Below are positions 38,001 to 51,387 of a DNA stretch of 64,000 nucleotides, one piece after another. The stretch's first letter is position 1. The number at the start of each line of letters is the position of its first letter. The position numbers were made by a program, and so were the translations under genes. The stretch is taken from the NCBI GenBank assembly GCA_964187785.1, contig OZ076409.1, positions 59,522,001 to 59,586,000 of the forward strand, in the 5' to 3' direction. This stretch comes from Amphiscolops sp. MND2022 (taxonomy: Eukaryota). Below the pieces are notes generated by a model. The model was not told where the DNA came from. It was given only the letters and a program-made list of their open reading frames with translations, and made no database searches.

Positions 38001-41000
38001 ATAAAGAATATGCAACCGATTCTACTTTCTTCGGCTTTCCGTTTTTGATCCAAATGTAGTTTCATTATTTAGACAATGCCACGTAACCACATTTAAACTT
38101 GTATAGTAGCAGAGTTCTAATGACTATACAAACATGTATTTTTAATTTAAAAGTTTTATATTCAGAAAAACCACAGTCGTGAAATTACTTTGAAACCACT
38201 CATCCGATGAATTATGTTTAATGTGGCATAATTTTTGACACTAATTGTCGCACTTACTACACTTTAAGGTGCATTTTATAGACTAATGTAAAGGTCCAAT
38301 TATCTCTTGTAAATTTAAGTTGTAAGTATTTGTTAGATAAGTAGAACGAATAAAACATACACACTGACTGCAAAAATGCACCGAATGCACTATGACTCCT
38401 CCTACTGAATGATTGTTATGAAGATCGGCCGAAACTGCAATTCCAAAAAAAGTCAACAATGATTTTTTTTCGGGATTAAATATTTGAATGAATCTACGGA
38501 AGTAAATCTTTCAATTCGACACGTATTTCTCAATAGAATCTCAACTTTAAATTTTGAACAAGACGGGATCGTCTCAAGTCGGCGCCATATCTAAGGCTCA
38601 AAAATATTCAAAGAACAACTATTGGAAACATTTGGAAAAATTATTTTTTTTTCAAAAAAAATTTTGAATTTTTTTTTTCGAAAAAAAGTATTTTTTAGAA
38701 AGTCGCACAATGCCGAAAAACTCAAAAAGAGGCCATTCAGGCTCATTAAACGTTTTTACAAACCGAAAACTTCAAAAAAATGCAAGGTGTTACCCTTTGA
38801 TAGAATCCGAAAATTTTCGAAAAAAAAGTCGCATAGTGCCGAAAAAAACCCAAAGGGGGGACCCTTTGGTCTCACTTGCTGTACTTTTGGAAGCATAAAA
38901 ATATTATGGTTTAGTGCGAGAATCGAACCCCCGCTCTCTGGCTTCAGAAATTTAGTCGAAGATGAACAACAGAACAGATGAACAAATTGTAAAAAGTGGA
39001 CCATTCAGAGTGAGATTGTAGGCTGAAAAAAAACTACCCACTGTAATAGTCGGGCTTTTTTCCTTAAGGGAAAAGGCGCCGACTAAAAAGAGGTGCAGAT
39101 CCAATGAATTCCACTTTTCCACCGCTAAAAGGTTTTTCAAGAAATAAGTATTCCAGCGTGTGTTGTAAACTCCCATGCTGAAGAAACTATTTGGTGAGAA
39201 ACAATTTTTGAAAATCAGTCAAATGACGAAAAACTTGAAAGGGGGAAATTCAAGGTGAACAAGCCGAGAACGGCCAAAGTCGGCGCCATATCTTAGGCTC
39301 AAAATTTAAAAGGGGGACCCTTCGGGCTTTGTGAAACTCCAGCTGGTTGCAAAAAATTTTTAAAAAATTGAAGGGGGGACCCTTTGGAGACATGAAAAAA
39401 TTTTGGGAGATTTTTGAACAGTGTCACAGTGCCGAAAAATGTAAAAGGGGGGACCCTTTGCGATTTTTTGACATCCATTGTGTTGCAAAATATCGAAACA
39501 AATGAAGGGGGGACCCTCTTCTGAGGTTGGAGTTGTTGAGGTTTGAAGTTGTTGAGGTTGTTGAACAAATGAACAAAAAAGTGGACCTTTCGTGTCTAAA
39601 AAAAACTACCCACTGTAATAGTCGGGCACATTTTCTACTAAAATGCGCCGACTAAAAACACTGAAAATAGCAAAAACGTACTTTGTGATTTGTCGAACGC
39701 TTGTTATTCGAATTTAAATCACACAGTGACCGAATTATTAAAATAGGCCCCTGCGGGACACAGTATTATTTCTGCTTTTAGGCTTTCATGTTCAATAATA
39801 AAAGCATATCTTAATCATTTATATAGCGCTCCTATATAGTCCTCTCGGACTAATGAAAATATAACTAGAGAGTAGACGAAGTTTCGCAGTCGCATTTGAA
39901 TGCAGGCGAAGCTCTCGGCGAACAAATGATTAACACTCGTTCGCTACATCTCAAAGAATTCGGCGTACGAATACATATTTACCACTCGCTCGTTTCATCG
40001 CACGAGAAACGAATTGTTGTCGGCAGCTTGAGAAATGTACATCTCACCCTTATACTCACTGCCAAACAAAAGATATGAATTCTTCAGTAGGTACTCGGAT
40101 GGCTACCAAAACGTCGACTGAAGACAAGTTGTATAATCCAGGTTTCCATGTTATTCCTGCTATCGCAGGAATAATCGAAAAGTGCGACCCTTTAGACGGG
40201 AAAACGCGTTTTTACACGTGAAAACACACAAGACGCCCACTGAGCAACGGGAAATTTTCCGCTTCAACTGAGCCAAAGCTATTTTATTTACTTGACTGTT
40301 TTAGTTACAAGTAACTATTACTTGGTTTATTTTAGTTACTAGTAACTAAAAGTCAAGTGGATGGAGATCGTCACGATCTCCACGGTGTAGATTTGGCAAT
40401 TTGGAAAAAAAAACGCAACACAGATTATGATTTTCCTCCCTATTATATATAGATATAAATAAACAAGACGGGAACGTCTAAAGTCGGCGCTATATCGAAG
40501 GCTCAAAAGGCCCAAAGTTTTTAAAATTGTGAAGGGGGACCCTTTAGACTTTTTCAAATCTAGTTTGTTGCAAAATATCAAAAAAGTTGAAGGGGAGACC
40601 CTTTGGAGACATTTAAAAAATTTTGAAAAAATTTTCGAAAACGAAAAATGAGAATTTTGAAACAGTCCCATAGTGCCGAAAAACTAGAAATGGGAGACCC
40701 TTTGGGCTTTTTGAAACTTCAGTTTGCTGCAAAATATCAATAAACTTGAAGGGGGCCCTTTGGCAACAAAAGAAATTGAAAAAAAGTCGCACAGTGCCGG
40801 AAAAAATTCAAAGGGGGGACCCTGTAGTCCCGTCCCGTTTTGTAACTTACGTTAAAAATTGAATACACGGAAGGGGGACTCTTTGCACTAACTTAGATGC
40901 GTTTCCGCTTGCCGGTCCAGTAGCTCAGTAGAAAAAGTGTCCACTACGCATACATTCTGTGGTCTGACGAAAAAAACTTGCCACTGTAATAGTCGGGCTC

Positions 41001-44000
41001 ATTTTGATAAAATGCGCCGACTAAAAAACAAGCTAAGTACAAGTGAAAACAAGCTGTGAACGAGTCGGCGCCCGCTCAAGGTTAAAAAAAGTGTTTCGAA
41101 TAGAATACACAGCGCCAAAAAACACTGGAAGCATCAAAAAATTCTATTTTTGAATACAAAATATCGATAATTTTGTCTTCCAGGAAAAAAATCATAGTGC
41201 CGAAAATCCTCTAAGGGAGACCCTCCAAGTTCGCAAAACGCTTTTTGAAAAGTGAGGGGGTTCCCTTTGATCAAATGATTTTTCACAAAGTGGCACAGTA
41301 CCGACAAAACAGTATGTCTCCTCCACGGGTAATGAAAAAACTCATCAGTCCCAAAAGACCGAAACATAACCAAAGAGGTCACCCCTAAGATTCGGAAATC
41401 GGTTGCCCTTAACAGAAAACTACGAATAAATCAAAAAAATGTATAAAAAAACTTATTGAGCTTTGGTATCAAAATTTTGAAATTGTTTTCGATAAGTCGA
41501 CCGTGCCGAAAAAACCCAAGGTGAACCCCTATGATCGCCAAACGCTTTGTTACAAATCAAGGGGGCACTTCGGTTCAAAAAACTTTCTGCTGAAAATCGA
41601 GGGAGGGAGTTTAGATTTTGAAAAAATCTGAAAAGTCGCACAGTGCCGAAAAAACCTAAAGGGGGACGCTTTTGTCTCCCCTCTACTTCTGCAAGCATAA
41701 ATTATTTGGTTTGGTTTAGTGCGAGACTCGAACCTACTCACTCCTCCATATTTCAAATCGCAATAAAAATTTACGTAAGCATTTGACCTGGAGTAAAACT
41801 TTCTCAAAATTGATCAGAAATACAGGGGCAATTTTTCAAAAAATCAAACGAGCTACGAAAGTTATAACACTTAGCTTAATTTTGACTTTCTGCATTTGCC
41901 GAAATCTATCAGTGTTCGTAAGAAAACATGCTTGGGAAAAACTTTATGTGTTTGATTCTGATCTCCAACTGTTGACTTTAAAAACTTTTTCTGAAATCTT
42001 TAAAAATTTACCACGCAAATTGATCATAAAATGGGAATACTTCATTTTTACCTCTTGAAAAATGATTTTGGCGGAATTACAACAGTTTTTGGCAGTTCAT
42101 TTTTCAAGAAAGCATTCTCAGAAAACGGTGAAGTTGAAGTGAAAAAAAGTTGAAAAATGGTGTCAAAGCACAAGAATGATCGAAAGGTCTTGTGCTTCTG
42201 AGATTTTTTTGCGAAATGAATGTTGCGCTTCGAAAAGCCAAATCGATTGTCTTTAGTTTTTTGCCCTAGTGTATTTGATTTTAGGCGAAGCTCTCGGTGT
42301 ATAGGTCGTTTCGCATTCGTATTTGAATTCAGGCAAAGCTCTTGACGTACCAATAATCAACTCTAGTTCATCTCAATAAAGCGCTTCCTCGCTGCTACCA
42401 GATTCGGTAACGAAATTGAACAGAAGTTTGAAAAAAACGAAAGTGTCTGGTTACAATAACATTTCAGCTCACGAAGAAAAATTAACAACAAACAGACGAT
42501 TGGCTCAGACAACCGCGACTGAAAAAGTTCAATCATCCACTTGAATATATTTGTTTAAAAAGGGTTCAGTACTTTTGGGTGCGAAAAATGGAATTGACCT
42601 TCTTACAGAATTATAATGTGTTACACAATTAGTGTTACAGAATAGAACGAAATGCATATTAGGCCATGTCGACATACTTAGGGAAATCACATGTTCGGGT
42701 ACAATTACAAGCGTCATCTAACAACTGGCCGGCATTTCGAAGCGTTTTTCTATGGCATATCCAATTAATTTGTACTGGTAATGCAACTGGCGCTTATACG
42801 AATTTTACTTGATTTGAATTTCAAATCTAAGCTAGTCTTCTGCCTTACCATCGTGGGGGTGATAAATTTTTATACTTTACAACTGGTGATTTCAGTACGA
42901 AGTATTATTCGACCACCAAAATGAGAAAATTAACAACAGTTGAAGCATTCCTCGTAATGGAAGAAACACCTTAAAGCATTTTGCCTTCCTTCCGTTCAAA
43001 GTGAAAACAAAATTTGGACTTGTGCAGAATTCTCCGGATGAAGATTTAACCACTAGGCCATCGGCCTTTACGTCTAACACAATTCGGTACAAAATGGTCA
43101 CTTCGACCGGATGGAAAAAAGACGACGAAAAATCACTATAATAGTCGCATTTTGTTTCATAAGGCGCGGACTAAAAAATCGAATAAGAGAGTTTCTTTTA
43201 CTAGCGATGTTTGACAATGAGTGAATCACAGAAAACTTTCCTTCACACGCAATATGCTAAAACATTGAAAATTATCATCAATTAATTTGTATGAATTTAT
43301 GTGACGCTATGAAAAGGGTGTGGGTTTGAGTATGTTAAGAATTGTAAAAATTTTTTTTTTAGTATAACTCATTAGGTTAAAAATTAGTTTTTAATACTAA
43401 TTTGTGGCAATGGCAAAATTTTACTTATTTTAAGTAAAATAACACGTTTTGAACGTTGAACATCACTTGTAATTAAATTTTAACGTTTCAACTGCACCAT
43501 CACTTAGTGCTATAGCCAAAATTTGTTCCAGAAGTTTTGCCAGTGGAATTTCCACCAATATCGGTCCGATGAGAGAATGACCAATATTCATACTTTCACT
43601 TCTCCGTTATTTCGTCGTCAAATGCCAACCGCTCCATTTGATCCTGGCTACCGCTACTCAACCTTGCCTCTCAACCATCCATGCTCTGATCCGGATGTAA
43701 CCAATTTTTTTTCAAACGGAAATTGAATCAGAGATATGGAATCATTGGAAATTTTCTCTAAAAACCAAGAATAAAGAAAACAGCGAAAGGACGTCGCAAT
43801 TGTTTTAACACACGAAGACTTTACAACACCTTGACAAATGAAAAATATAAATTACTACGCGGAAATTGAATTTTGTGAAACCAAAGTTATAACGGTACTA
43901 GATAGGCAGTGTAGGAAGAAAATGAAGAAACGTTTGACCTGACCTAACCTGTATTCTGGCCCTGAAGTATCCGGCAGCGACCAAAAGGTCAATGATTTCC

Positions 44001-44197
44001 TTGTACCTCTGGGTCTGCTCGCTGTCCTCCCTGGCCTCGACTATGACCTCGTGACCTCTGTCGTCGGTGACCACATCCAACCGCCCCACAGTTTTGACCC
44101 CCGCAAATAGCTTCGTGTTGGCCACACTGCCTCTTTGTCTCATACTGGGCGTGTGAGACAATCTCCTGGCACCACCACCTTCTTCTGCAGTGCCCAT
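29007..44197 (-). CDS. CCDC93: CCDC93 (CCC/Commander complex subunit), 7 exons: 44197-43949, 36563-36321, 35696-35426, 34245-34013, 33392-32972, 32011-31760, 29206-29007; 1869 nt, 622 aa
   Basis: Diagnostic motifs [67 protein letters not shown]...[11 protein letters not shown] and KQRQYF.TVKE. All six introns are GT-AG with compatible phases (0,0,1,0,1,1). Confidence 0.95.
30023..31177 (+). mobile_element. Family A copy with a family B element (30546-31125) inserted near its 3' end; in CCDC93 intron 6
   Basis: The family A start is at 30023 and its 3' terminus (AAAGTCACTGCTATAGTC..GCGCCGACTAAAAA) resumes at about 31126 after the family B block. Confidence 0.6.
34264..34517. mobile_element. 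Tc1/mariner-type MITE in CCDC93 intron 3
   Basis: Imperfect TIRs: TACAGTAGCGTTCTAACAAACGCGACTCC versus the reverse complement of GGAGTCGCGTTATTTCAGAAGGCTTCTGTA; TA-flanked. Confidence 0.45.
36649..37358 (+). repeat. 21-bp minisatellite (GGGGAGCATGGCGTAGTGGTT)n, about 34 units
   Basis: Directly visible tandem array with occasional 20-bp variants, in CCDC93 intron 1. Confidence 0.95.
37338..37620 (+). mobile_element. tRNA-derived SINE with CORE-like motif
   Basis: The last array unit continues as TGGCGTAGTGGTTAGAGC (A box) ... GGTTCGAATC (B box, 37390-37399). TGTGACCTTGAGCAAGTCACT at 37532-37552 resembles the MIR/CORE-SINE motif. Confidence 0.65.
38557..39089 (+). mobile_element. Family A Helentron-like copy
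   Basis: AACAAGACGGG..AAGTCGGCGCCATATC start; TAGTCGGGC..GGCGCCGACTAAAAA end. Confidence 0.6.
39258..39658 (+). mobile_element. Family A Helentron-like copy
   Basis: Same terminal motifs as the other family A copies. Confidence 0.6.
40462..41027 (+). mobile_element. Family A Helentron-like copy
   Basis: Same terminal motifs; a further partial copy follows at about 41050-41750. Confidence 0.6.
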
Positions 44198-44713
44198 AAC
44201 TAACTATTCTGGAACGATGAACTAATTTATTTTTTGATTATTTTATTTTCATTCATTGACTCAGTTATTTCTAATGGAATAAACTTTTTCTAATATGTCT
44301 GCGCTGAAAAAAACGTAAACCATTACCACTTTAGTGAAATAATTCAATTGGTTGACGAAATTATTATCCGCCGATACTTCCTGTAAAGATTGCGAAAAAC
44401 TAACATTTTCTCACTTATCACGCGGTTATCCAATTTTATACTTAACCAGACGAGAACGACGCCCTGCTTAAAGCTCAACATAATTTTATAAATATGATAG
44501 ATAAGACCCTTTAGGCTCTACAACTCAAAGGATGGGCCCTTTGGTGAAACAATTTTTTTTAAAAAAAGTTGCACAGTGTCGCAAAAAAACCCAAAGATGT
44601 AAAAAAGGAAAATTTAAAGGAAGGACCTTTTAGCACCTGTCAGTATATTTTAGTTCTTAGGCCAAACGATTGCAAAAGAGGACCTTTCAGAGTAGAAATT
44701 GCCGTTTTACGTA

Positions 44714-45227
44714 AAACAAGCCGGGACCGACCCAAGTCGGCGCCATATCCAAGGCTCAAAAATAGCAAAAGGACTTCCAAGTGTCAATTTACAGTACTCG
44801 AAAATCGAAAAACCAAAACAATGGACCGAGTGGCGCGCCGGGGCCCGCTAGCGCGAGCACCTGGCGCGCTAAAGAGAAAAAATTTTAGAAAAAAAGTCTC
44901 ACAATGCCGAAAAACTGAAAGGGGGGACCCTTTGGGGTTTTTCAACATCCATTCTGTCGCAAAACAGCAAAAAAATTGAAGGGGGGACCCTTTGGAGAAA
45001 TTTTTTTTCCGAAAAAGTCTCTCAGTGCCGAAAAAATTGAAAGCGGGTCTCGCCCGGTATGGTATGCTACGCGGGAAAACAGGAAAAACCTTTTTGGTTC
45101 AGTTCGCTAGGCCAAATGGTGCAATAATATTTTGTAGAACTTTTAAGAACTATTTTGGTCAGTTCGCGTGGATTAAAAAAAAAGTCACTATAAGTCGCGT
45201 TTCACTTCATGAAGCGCCGACTAAAAA
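44714..45227 (+). mobile_element. Family A Helentron-like copy upstream of CCDC93
   Basis: Same terminal motifs; closely resembles the minus-strand copy at 104-743. An opposite-strand copy lies at about 45308-45870. Confidence 0.6.
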
Positions 45228-46065
45228 CAATGTACGAGTCAGACATTTTTTGGCCTGACAATTAGGGTGCGTGCTTCGCAAGAGGGTTGAGGGTCCGCGC
45301 TGGATTGTTTTAGTAGGCGCGTTTTGTAACAAAAAGTGCCCGACTCTTACGGTGGCAAGTTTCTTCTGTCAGACCACAGACCTCACACTGACTGGTCCAC
45401 TTCTTACAGACTTTACACCCAAGTTATAAAGGATATCCAAGAAAACGAAAAGGTACTGCCTATGACTTTTTCATAGTTTTACCGTATCCTCGTAACTATA
45501 TGGGACCGTTAGGCTTGTTTCATGAAACGTTTTTTTTTCGAAATTATCAATTTTTCACAGAAGGGTCCCCTTCAATTTTTTCCATGTTTCCAGTTAGAGA
45601 ATGGTGTTTTCCGAACACTTTCAATTTTCAGGAAAGGGTCTCATTTTCTTCATGTTTACGGTTAGAGCAATACATTGCAGAAGCGTAAAGGGGCCGTCCT
45701 TCAGCCCTTCGGCAATGTTCGATTTTTTCCATTGGTACGAAAGGGTCCTACTGGGTATTTTCGGCACCCATATTTTAGATATTCCTTAAAAACGCCTTGA
45801 GCATATTTTAATAATTTTGCGCTTTTTGAGACTTGAGCAAGGCGCCGACTTGAGGCGCTCCCGTCTTGTTCATTATTGCAAGACTGGGCTAAACCCTTTC
45901 AAACATTTGTTACCTTTTTATCTCCGAAAATGAAATTTAACCACACATGTAAAAGCACGGTAGTAAAAGTACGTGGATTGTGTTTGGTTCATTGTGTATT
46001 ATTTTGACTGTTTCTCATCGTCATTAAAATTTACGAGATTTTGTCAGTGGACAAAAAATCAAAAA

Positions 46066-46205
46066 GACAAGATGCTCGCTGAGCACCCGGACATTTTCCG
46101 ATATGGACTATTTTAGCGACATTTTCTCAAGGCTTGAGTGTATACACTGTCGTCGCTAAAATATTCCAGAGCGGAAAATGTCCCGGTGCTCAGCGAGCAG
46201 CTGTC
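46066..46205. mobile_element. Small inverted-repeat MITE
   Basis: TGCTCGCTGAGCACCCGGACATTTTCCG..TTTAGCGAC is mirrored by GTCGCTAAAA..CGGAAAATGTCCCGGTGCTCAGCGAGCA. Confidence 0.6.
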
Positions 46206-46235
46206 ATTTGTAATTTGAACTTTTCTAATTTTGTA

Positions 46236-47680
46236 AAAATAGGCCCCTCTGGGGCACACTATCATTTCGGCTTTAATCTTTCATTAATAATAGAATCATA
46301 TCTGGAATACCAATACACTCCTGTTTAATCATTATTTAGAATAAAATTAATAACTGTACCAGTTTATACCGTCTTTAAATCTCGGACTAAAGCAATTATA
46401 ACTACTAAACGTAGACGAAGTTTCATAAGCAAAATTACGAAAATTCGCTCGCTTCATCTCAATGACGTCAGCGTACGAATGCACAATTACCACTCGCTCG
46501 TTCCATCGCACGAGAATTGAATTGTCGTCGGCAGCTTGAGAAATTTAATTCTCACGCTTACAGTCACTGTCGAACAAAATATCTGAATTATTCAGTATCG
46601 TGCGAAGAATTTTACTAAACAAAAAAGTAGACATTTTGAGGTTTCAATAATATTCCTGCTATCGCAGAAATAATAAAAATAGGCCTCTCCGGGGCTCAGT
46701 ACTATTTCTGCTTTAATCTTTATTTTTTTTGAAACAAAAAAATCATTAATAAAAGAATCATATCTGGAATACCAATACACTCTTGTTCAATCATTATTTA
46801 GCGCACAATTACATGTAATCACTGTACAAGTTTACACCGCCTTTAATTCTTCTCGGACTAGAGAAAATATAACTACTAAGCGTAGACGAAGTTTCGCATT
46901 CGCATTTGAATGCAGGCGAAGCTCTCAACGAACGAATAATTAACACTCATTCGCTTCATCTCAATAACTCGGGGCAACGAAAGCACAATTACGAACATTC
47001 GCTCGCTTCATCTCAATGACGTCAGCATACGAATGGATAATTACCACTCGCTCGTTCCATCGCACTAGAATTGAATTGTTGTCGGCAGCTTTCCCACGCT
47101 TACAGTCACTGCCGAACAAAATATCTGAATTATTCAGTATCACGACAAAAATTGTTCTGAAAAAAAATAAGTAGAAAGTTTGAGGTTACAATAATATTCC
47201 TGCTAAAGCAGAAATATTTAAAAATAGGCCCTCCGGGGCACACTATTATTTCTACTTTAATCTTTCATTAATAATAGAATCATATCTGGAATACCAATAC
47301 ACTTCTGTTTAATCATTGTTTAGCGCACCATTAATCACTGTACCAGTTTATACCGCCTGTAAATCTGTTGTTAAAAAAATTGTACATGTAACTATCATCA
47401 AGTATTTCTTTTTTGGTGACTAGAATCAATTCAGTCTTTTAGTAGTAATAGTAGTAAATCTCGGACTAAAGCAAATATATATTTGAGTGCAGGCGAAGCT
47501 CTCCGCGAAAAAAATAATTAACACTAATTCGCTTCATCTCAATAACTCGGCGCAAAGAAAGCACAATTACGAATATTCGCTCGCTTCATCTCAATGACGT
47601 AATGACGTCAGCGTACGAATGCATAATTACCACTCGCTCGTTCCATCGCAATTGTCGTCACAGCTTGAGAAGCCGAGTCT
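46236..47680 (+). repeat. Three diverged tandem units (about 440-540 bp) of repeat family C; single copy at about 39740-40180
   Basis: The unit start AAAATAGGCC(C/T)CT recurs at about 46236, 46677 and 47221; units share CTCGGACTA and CGCTTCATCTCAATGACGTCAGC motifs. Confidence 0.75.
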
Positions 47681-49883
47681 ACTTCAACTGGCCGACTGAT
47701 CAACTGAACGAAAGCGCAACTGACCGACTGATTGAATGATGAAATTGAATTTGATTGGTTAATGGAAATACGAGACGGTTTCGGTAATTTCATCATCTTG
47801 TCGGAGAATTTGATTGGTTAATGGAAATACGAGACGGTTTCGGAAATTTCGTAATCTTGTCGGAAAATAAACTACGTTCGAAAAACGCGTCGAAAAATTC
47901 CATATCAGCGATTATTTCAGGTTGTTATTTGAAGTGGTTAGCATATTTGTTGTATGGCTCGGTCGCTTCGCTCCCTTCGCCAAGTAGCAACACTGAGGCA
48001 TGGCCACATGGCACGTCGCTCCGCTTCGCTTCGCTCCTGCATTTAGGGCACTAGGAGTATGTGAACATATCTGACTACGTTATCGTAATTTTCTATTCAC
48101 GCATTCGGCTAGTTGCACATTCTTCCAATTGAACAGTCGGCCAATTGCACGGTACCCTGAGAACCCAATATCGAATATTACGAAATTAGAAATGTTCATA
48201 TTTCTCTATGCAAATTTCCATTGCTAAATAGCTAATTTCATTGTTGAATTCTGTGGACACTTACACCTACGAGAATTCTCAAAAACTTAAATAAATTGCA
48301 TAAAAACTCAAAAACTGAAAAAATGGCAATTTTGGGTCGTTCTGGGAAACATTTATTTCAACCATTTGTTCCAAAAAAGTTCCACAAAAACATATGCTAT
48401 GTACTTAACTTTATGATGTTGAATTTTGACAAAAAAACGTCTACCATTTGGGTATAAATTTGGAGCATGGGAAAATTGAGCAAAAAAGAGCTGTTGAAGT
48501 AATAACTTTCCTTTCCCACATATGAAGTTAAATAGAATTAACATTGGACGCGAGGGAGTTTTTTCATCGTGAAGTGTATTGTAGATGCACTTTCTTTGAA
48601 ATCAAGAAAATAGATTGTGGCGCCACAAAACCTTCCATAACTATCACGGTACCTATAAATGTACATAGTCTCCACCCGTGTAGAGTCACGATTTCTATAG
48701 GCGGAGCAAAGTGTCGACGAAACTGATCTCCTGTTAAATTCAGCGGTTCTGACAGATTCAAGAGCCAGAATGACGTAATTGTTTGAAAAATACATGTGAG
48801 AACAGGTTCTCGCGTGGTATAAAATCAATTTCAGCTGAATACAAAATATTTCCAACAATGATTTTCATGTTCTCTCTCGAAAATGGCAAAGTATTTTTAG
48901 CGTGAGCGCAAACTCGCATACCCAACATTTGTCAGTTCAAGCGAATTACTATTCATAGCCCTCGAGTATATTGAATTTCTACCCAGGAGAGTCGACAGGC
49001 TCTCGATAAAAGGCGAGATTAGCGACTCCTGGGCCGCTGGTTTCCAACTCCAACGGGATAGCCCTGTTCAAAAGTGTAAGACGTACTGCAACTTTACTGA
49101 AGTAGATTTTTAAAGAATTGAGATAAGCGAAACTTTTTCCATTCAATCCAAGCTAAAACTTCGCCATGTTTTCAGATCGAAACAAACCATGCGCATTTCA
49201 CATTCTTTAGTCCTGAAAATACGTCCTCGATTCAAGCCGCACTTTCGTTATGATAAACAATCAGCCCTATTATGATTCCCGATCCATAGGCGAAAACGCC
49301 AACACCTAGCAATGCACTTTAATGAACATTGTACCCAAGACCAGACATCAGAGATGGCGGTTTTATGCGTTCGGATATTCTTGCATACTCGCATACATCT
49401 TTTTCGCATATTCGGCAATCAAACAAATTGCGCGCTAAAGAGATACCGGGTCCAACAATCGCATTGATATACATGCTCGTTTGAAACACTTCAATTTCGT
49501 TTTTTTTTTTAAAAATAAACAGTCGAAATGGACACTCGAAATTTATCCAGGGACGCAAAAAACACTGAACCAGCGATGCAAAAAATAGGTTCAAGCTCTT
49601 AAGAGATGTTCGATGTTGATTAAAGTTGTTTTCAGAGGACCGTCAATTATTGACACCTGAGTCGTCTTATGCAACGGAACATATGGTTCTCATTGGAAAT
49701 AGCGGTAAAAGTTAGTTTTTTTGAGATTAAAATGACACTTTTTATCAGCATCTTAAAGCACATTTTTTGACAAAATTCATGGTATCTTGCATCGTAACTT
49801 TTACTATTTGTTCCGCCATAAAACTGTCATGCTTGTAGCCGACTTATTCAAATATATTTCTACACATGATCTTGTTAATCGAA

Positions 49884-50296
49884 TGTCATAGATCAAAAAG
49901 TTTAGGCAGAGCTGTGGAAAAGTTTTATTCATTTTGGCAATTCTTCTAGGAGCTGAAGGGTTCTCTCCTATAGAGATTCTCCGGAAAGTGAGAGTTGATG
50001 TTTTGAATAATTAATTAGAGTGTTTCAGAGAGATGAAGGTATTTACAAAATGTAAGAAGGAGTTTAGCATAGTTGAAGATATACTTGAAATATCGAAAAG
50101 AAATGATAGAGGTTCTGGTTGAACGTGTTTATAGTTCGTTAGTTCTCTCAGTTGTGTGTTGGGTCCACTTCCAGTGCTACAGAGGCTTTCTCATCGTATT
50201 CGTGTTGATCTGTGATTGGCTGCCACATCTGATTAGTCCACGTCTGTCCTGTGAATACTTGAACGAAATTTTGTACATGATTCTTGAATCATGACA
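49884..50296 (-). repeat. 3' LTR (413 bp)
   Basis: Matches 62219-62631 except for one substitution seen by eye (GAGCTGTGG versus GAGCGGTGG). Confidence 0.97.
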
Positions 50297-51387
50297 CTAC
50301 CCACAATTGAGAAGTGTGGAATGTCCAGGTGAAGACAGACGGGGTTTGCAGCAGCGTCAGGCGATGAAGAAGAGCGTGAAACACAGAAGGAACCATTATT
50401 ACTGGGATAGCCGACACAAAAACCCGGGGAAAGGAAAAAGGAAAAATGAAGAAAGTTGAGGAAAAGGGGGTGCCTCAAAAAATGAAATGAAAGAGCCTCT
50501 TAAAGAAAAGCATGAAAAGTAGAAAAGAGTGGCCAAAAGAGCCAAATTGAACTATGCGATTAGTTGAATAAAGCTGCTAGTTTGTTTATAAAATGTTTGT
50601 CGTTTTAATTTATAAATTTTGATAGTAAAGAAAATGTTTACGTTGTGTGATGTTTTATCACCGAATTTAGGGGACGTGCGGCGGCACGTGCCTGAAAGTA
50701 GCTTTGCTTTATCAGTCAGTTTCCTGTACGAACTAACTGGGCTTATCTCAGTTATAAGATTACCATATTTGTTTTGTTCGCGTAATTTCTGTTCTTCAGT
50801 TACTTATGTTTACAAACTGAAGTGTACGCGATGAAGGTGTCAACAAAGTTGAGCAGTCAGCTAGAGAGAAAAAGCTATTCAAAGTCCAAAAGAGTATATT
50901 ATGAAAGCGGACTATGATTGGATAAATACAACAACCAATGAAGATGTGAACAATTTTCATCAGTTGAATAGTTTCAAGACAAAAATGGAGTATAAGGAAG
51001 TGTCTTAAAAATTCAATAACTGGGTGAGAAATGTATATCTCAATGAGCTGGATGACAAAACAACAGCGATGTTCAGAGGCCAAAGTTTACAGTAACAAAT
51101 AAAGGAGTCTGTTAAATAGAAAACAGCAGTTGATGGGAGAAGTTTGAAAACTTCCAAAGAAGCAATGAAGAAAATCTTGATACTGATGTATAGCAGAGTC
51201 ACGACAAATAAATAGAAGAAAGTATTACATGCAAAATTAGAAGAGAAGCAGTAGGCTCTTCTAATCTGAATGAAAGCGCTGGAATAAAGTTTCGCAATAT
51301 GGAAATGAAAAACAACAAAGAAAGTGTTGCAATCACAGCACTGACATTAATCCCAAAAGGGAGGTTTTGAACTTCTCAGGGAAGATC

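Noticed and set aside
48353..49870. Short ORFs flanking the LTR element
   Set aside because: No motif, splice pattern or consistent frame could be supported.
50073..50294. 73-aa ORF repeated at 62408-62629
   Set aside because: It is duplicated only because it lies in the LTR; TTG start and no recognisable motif.
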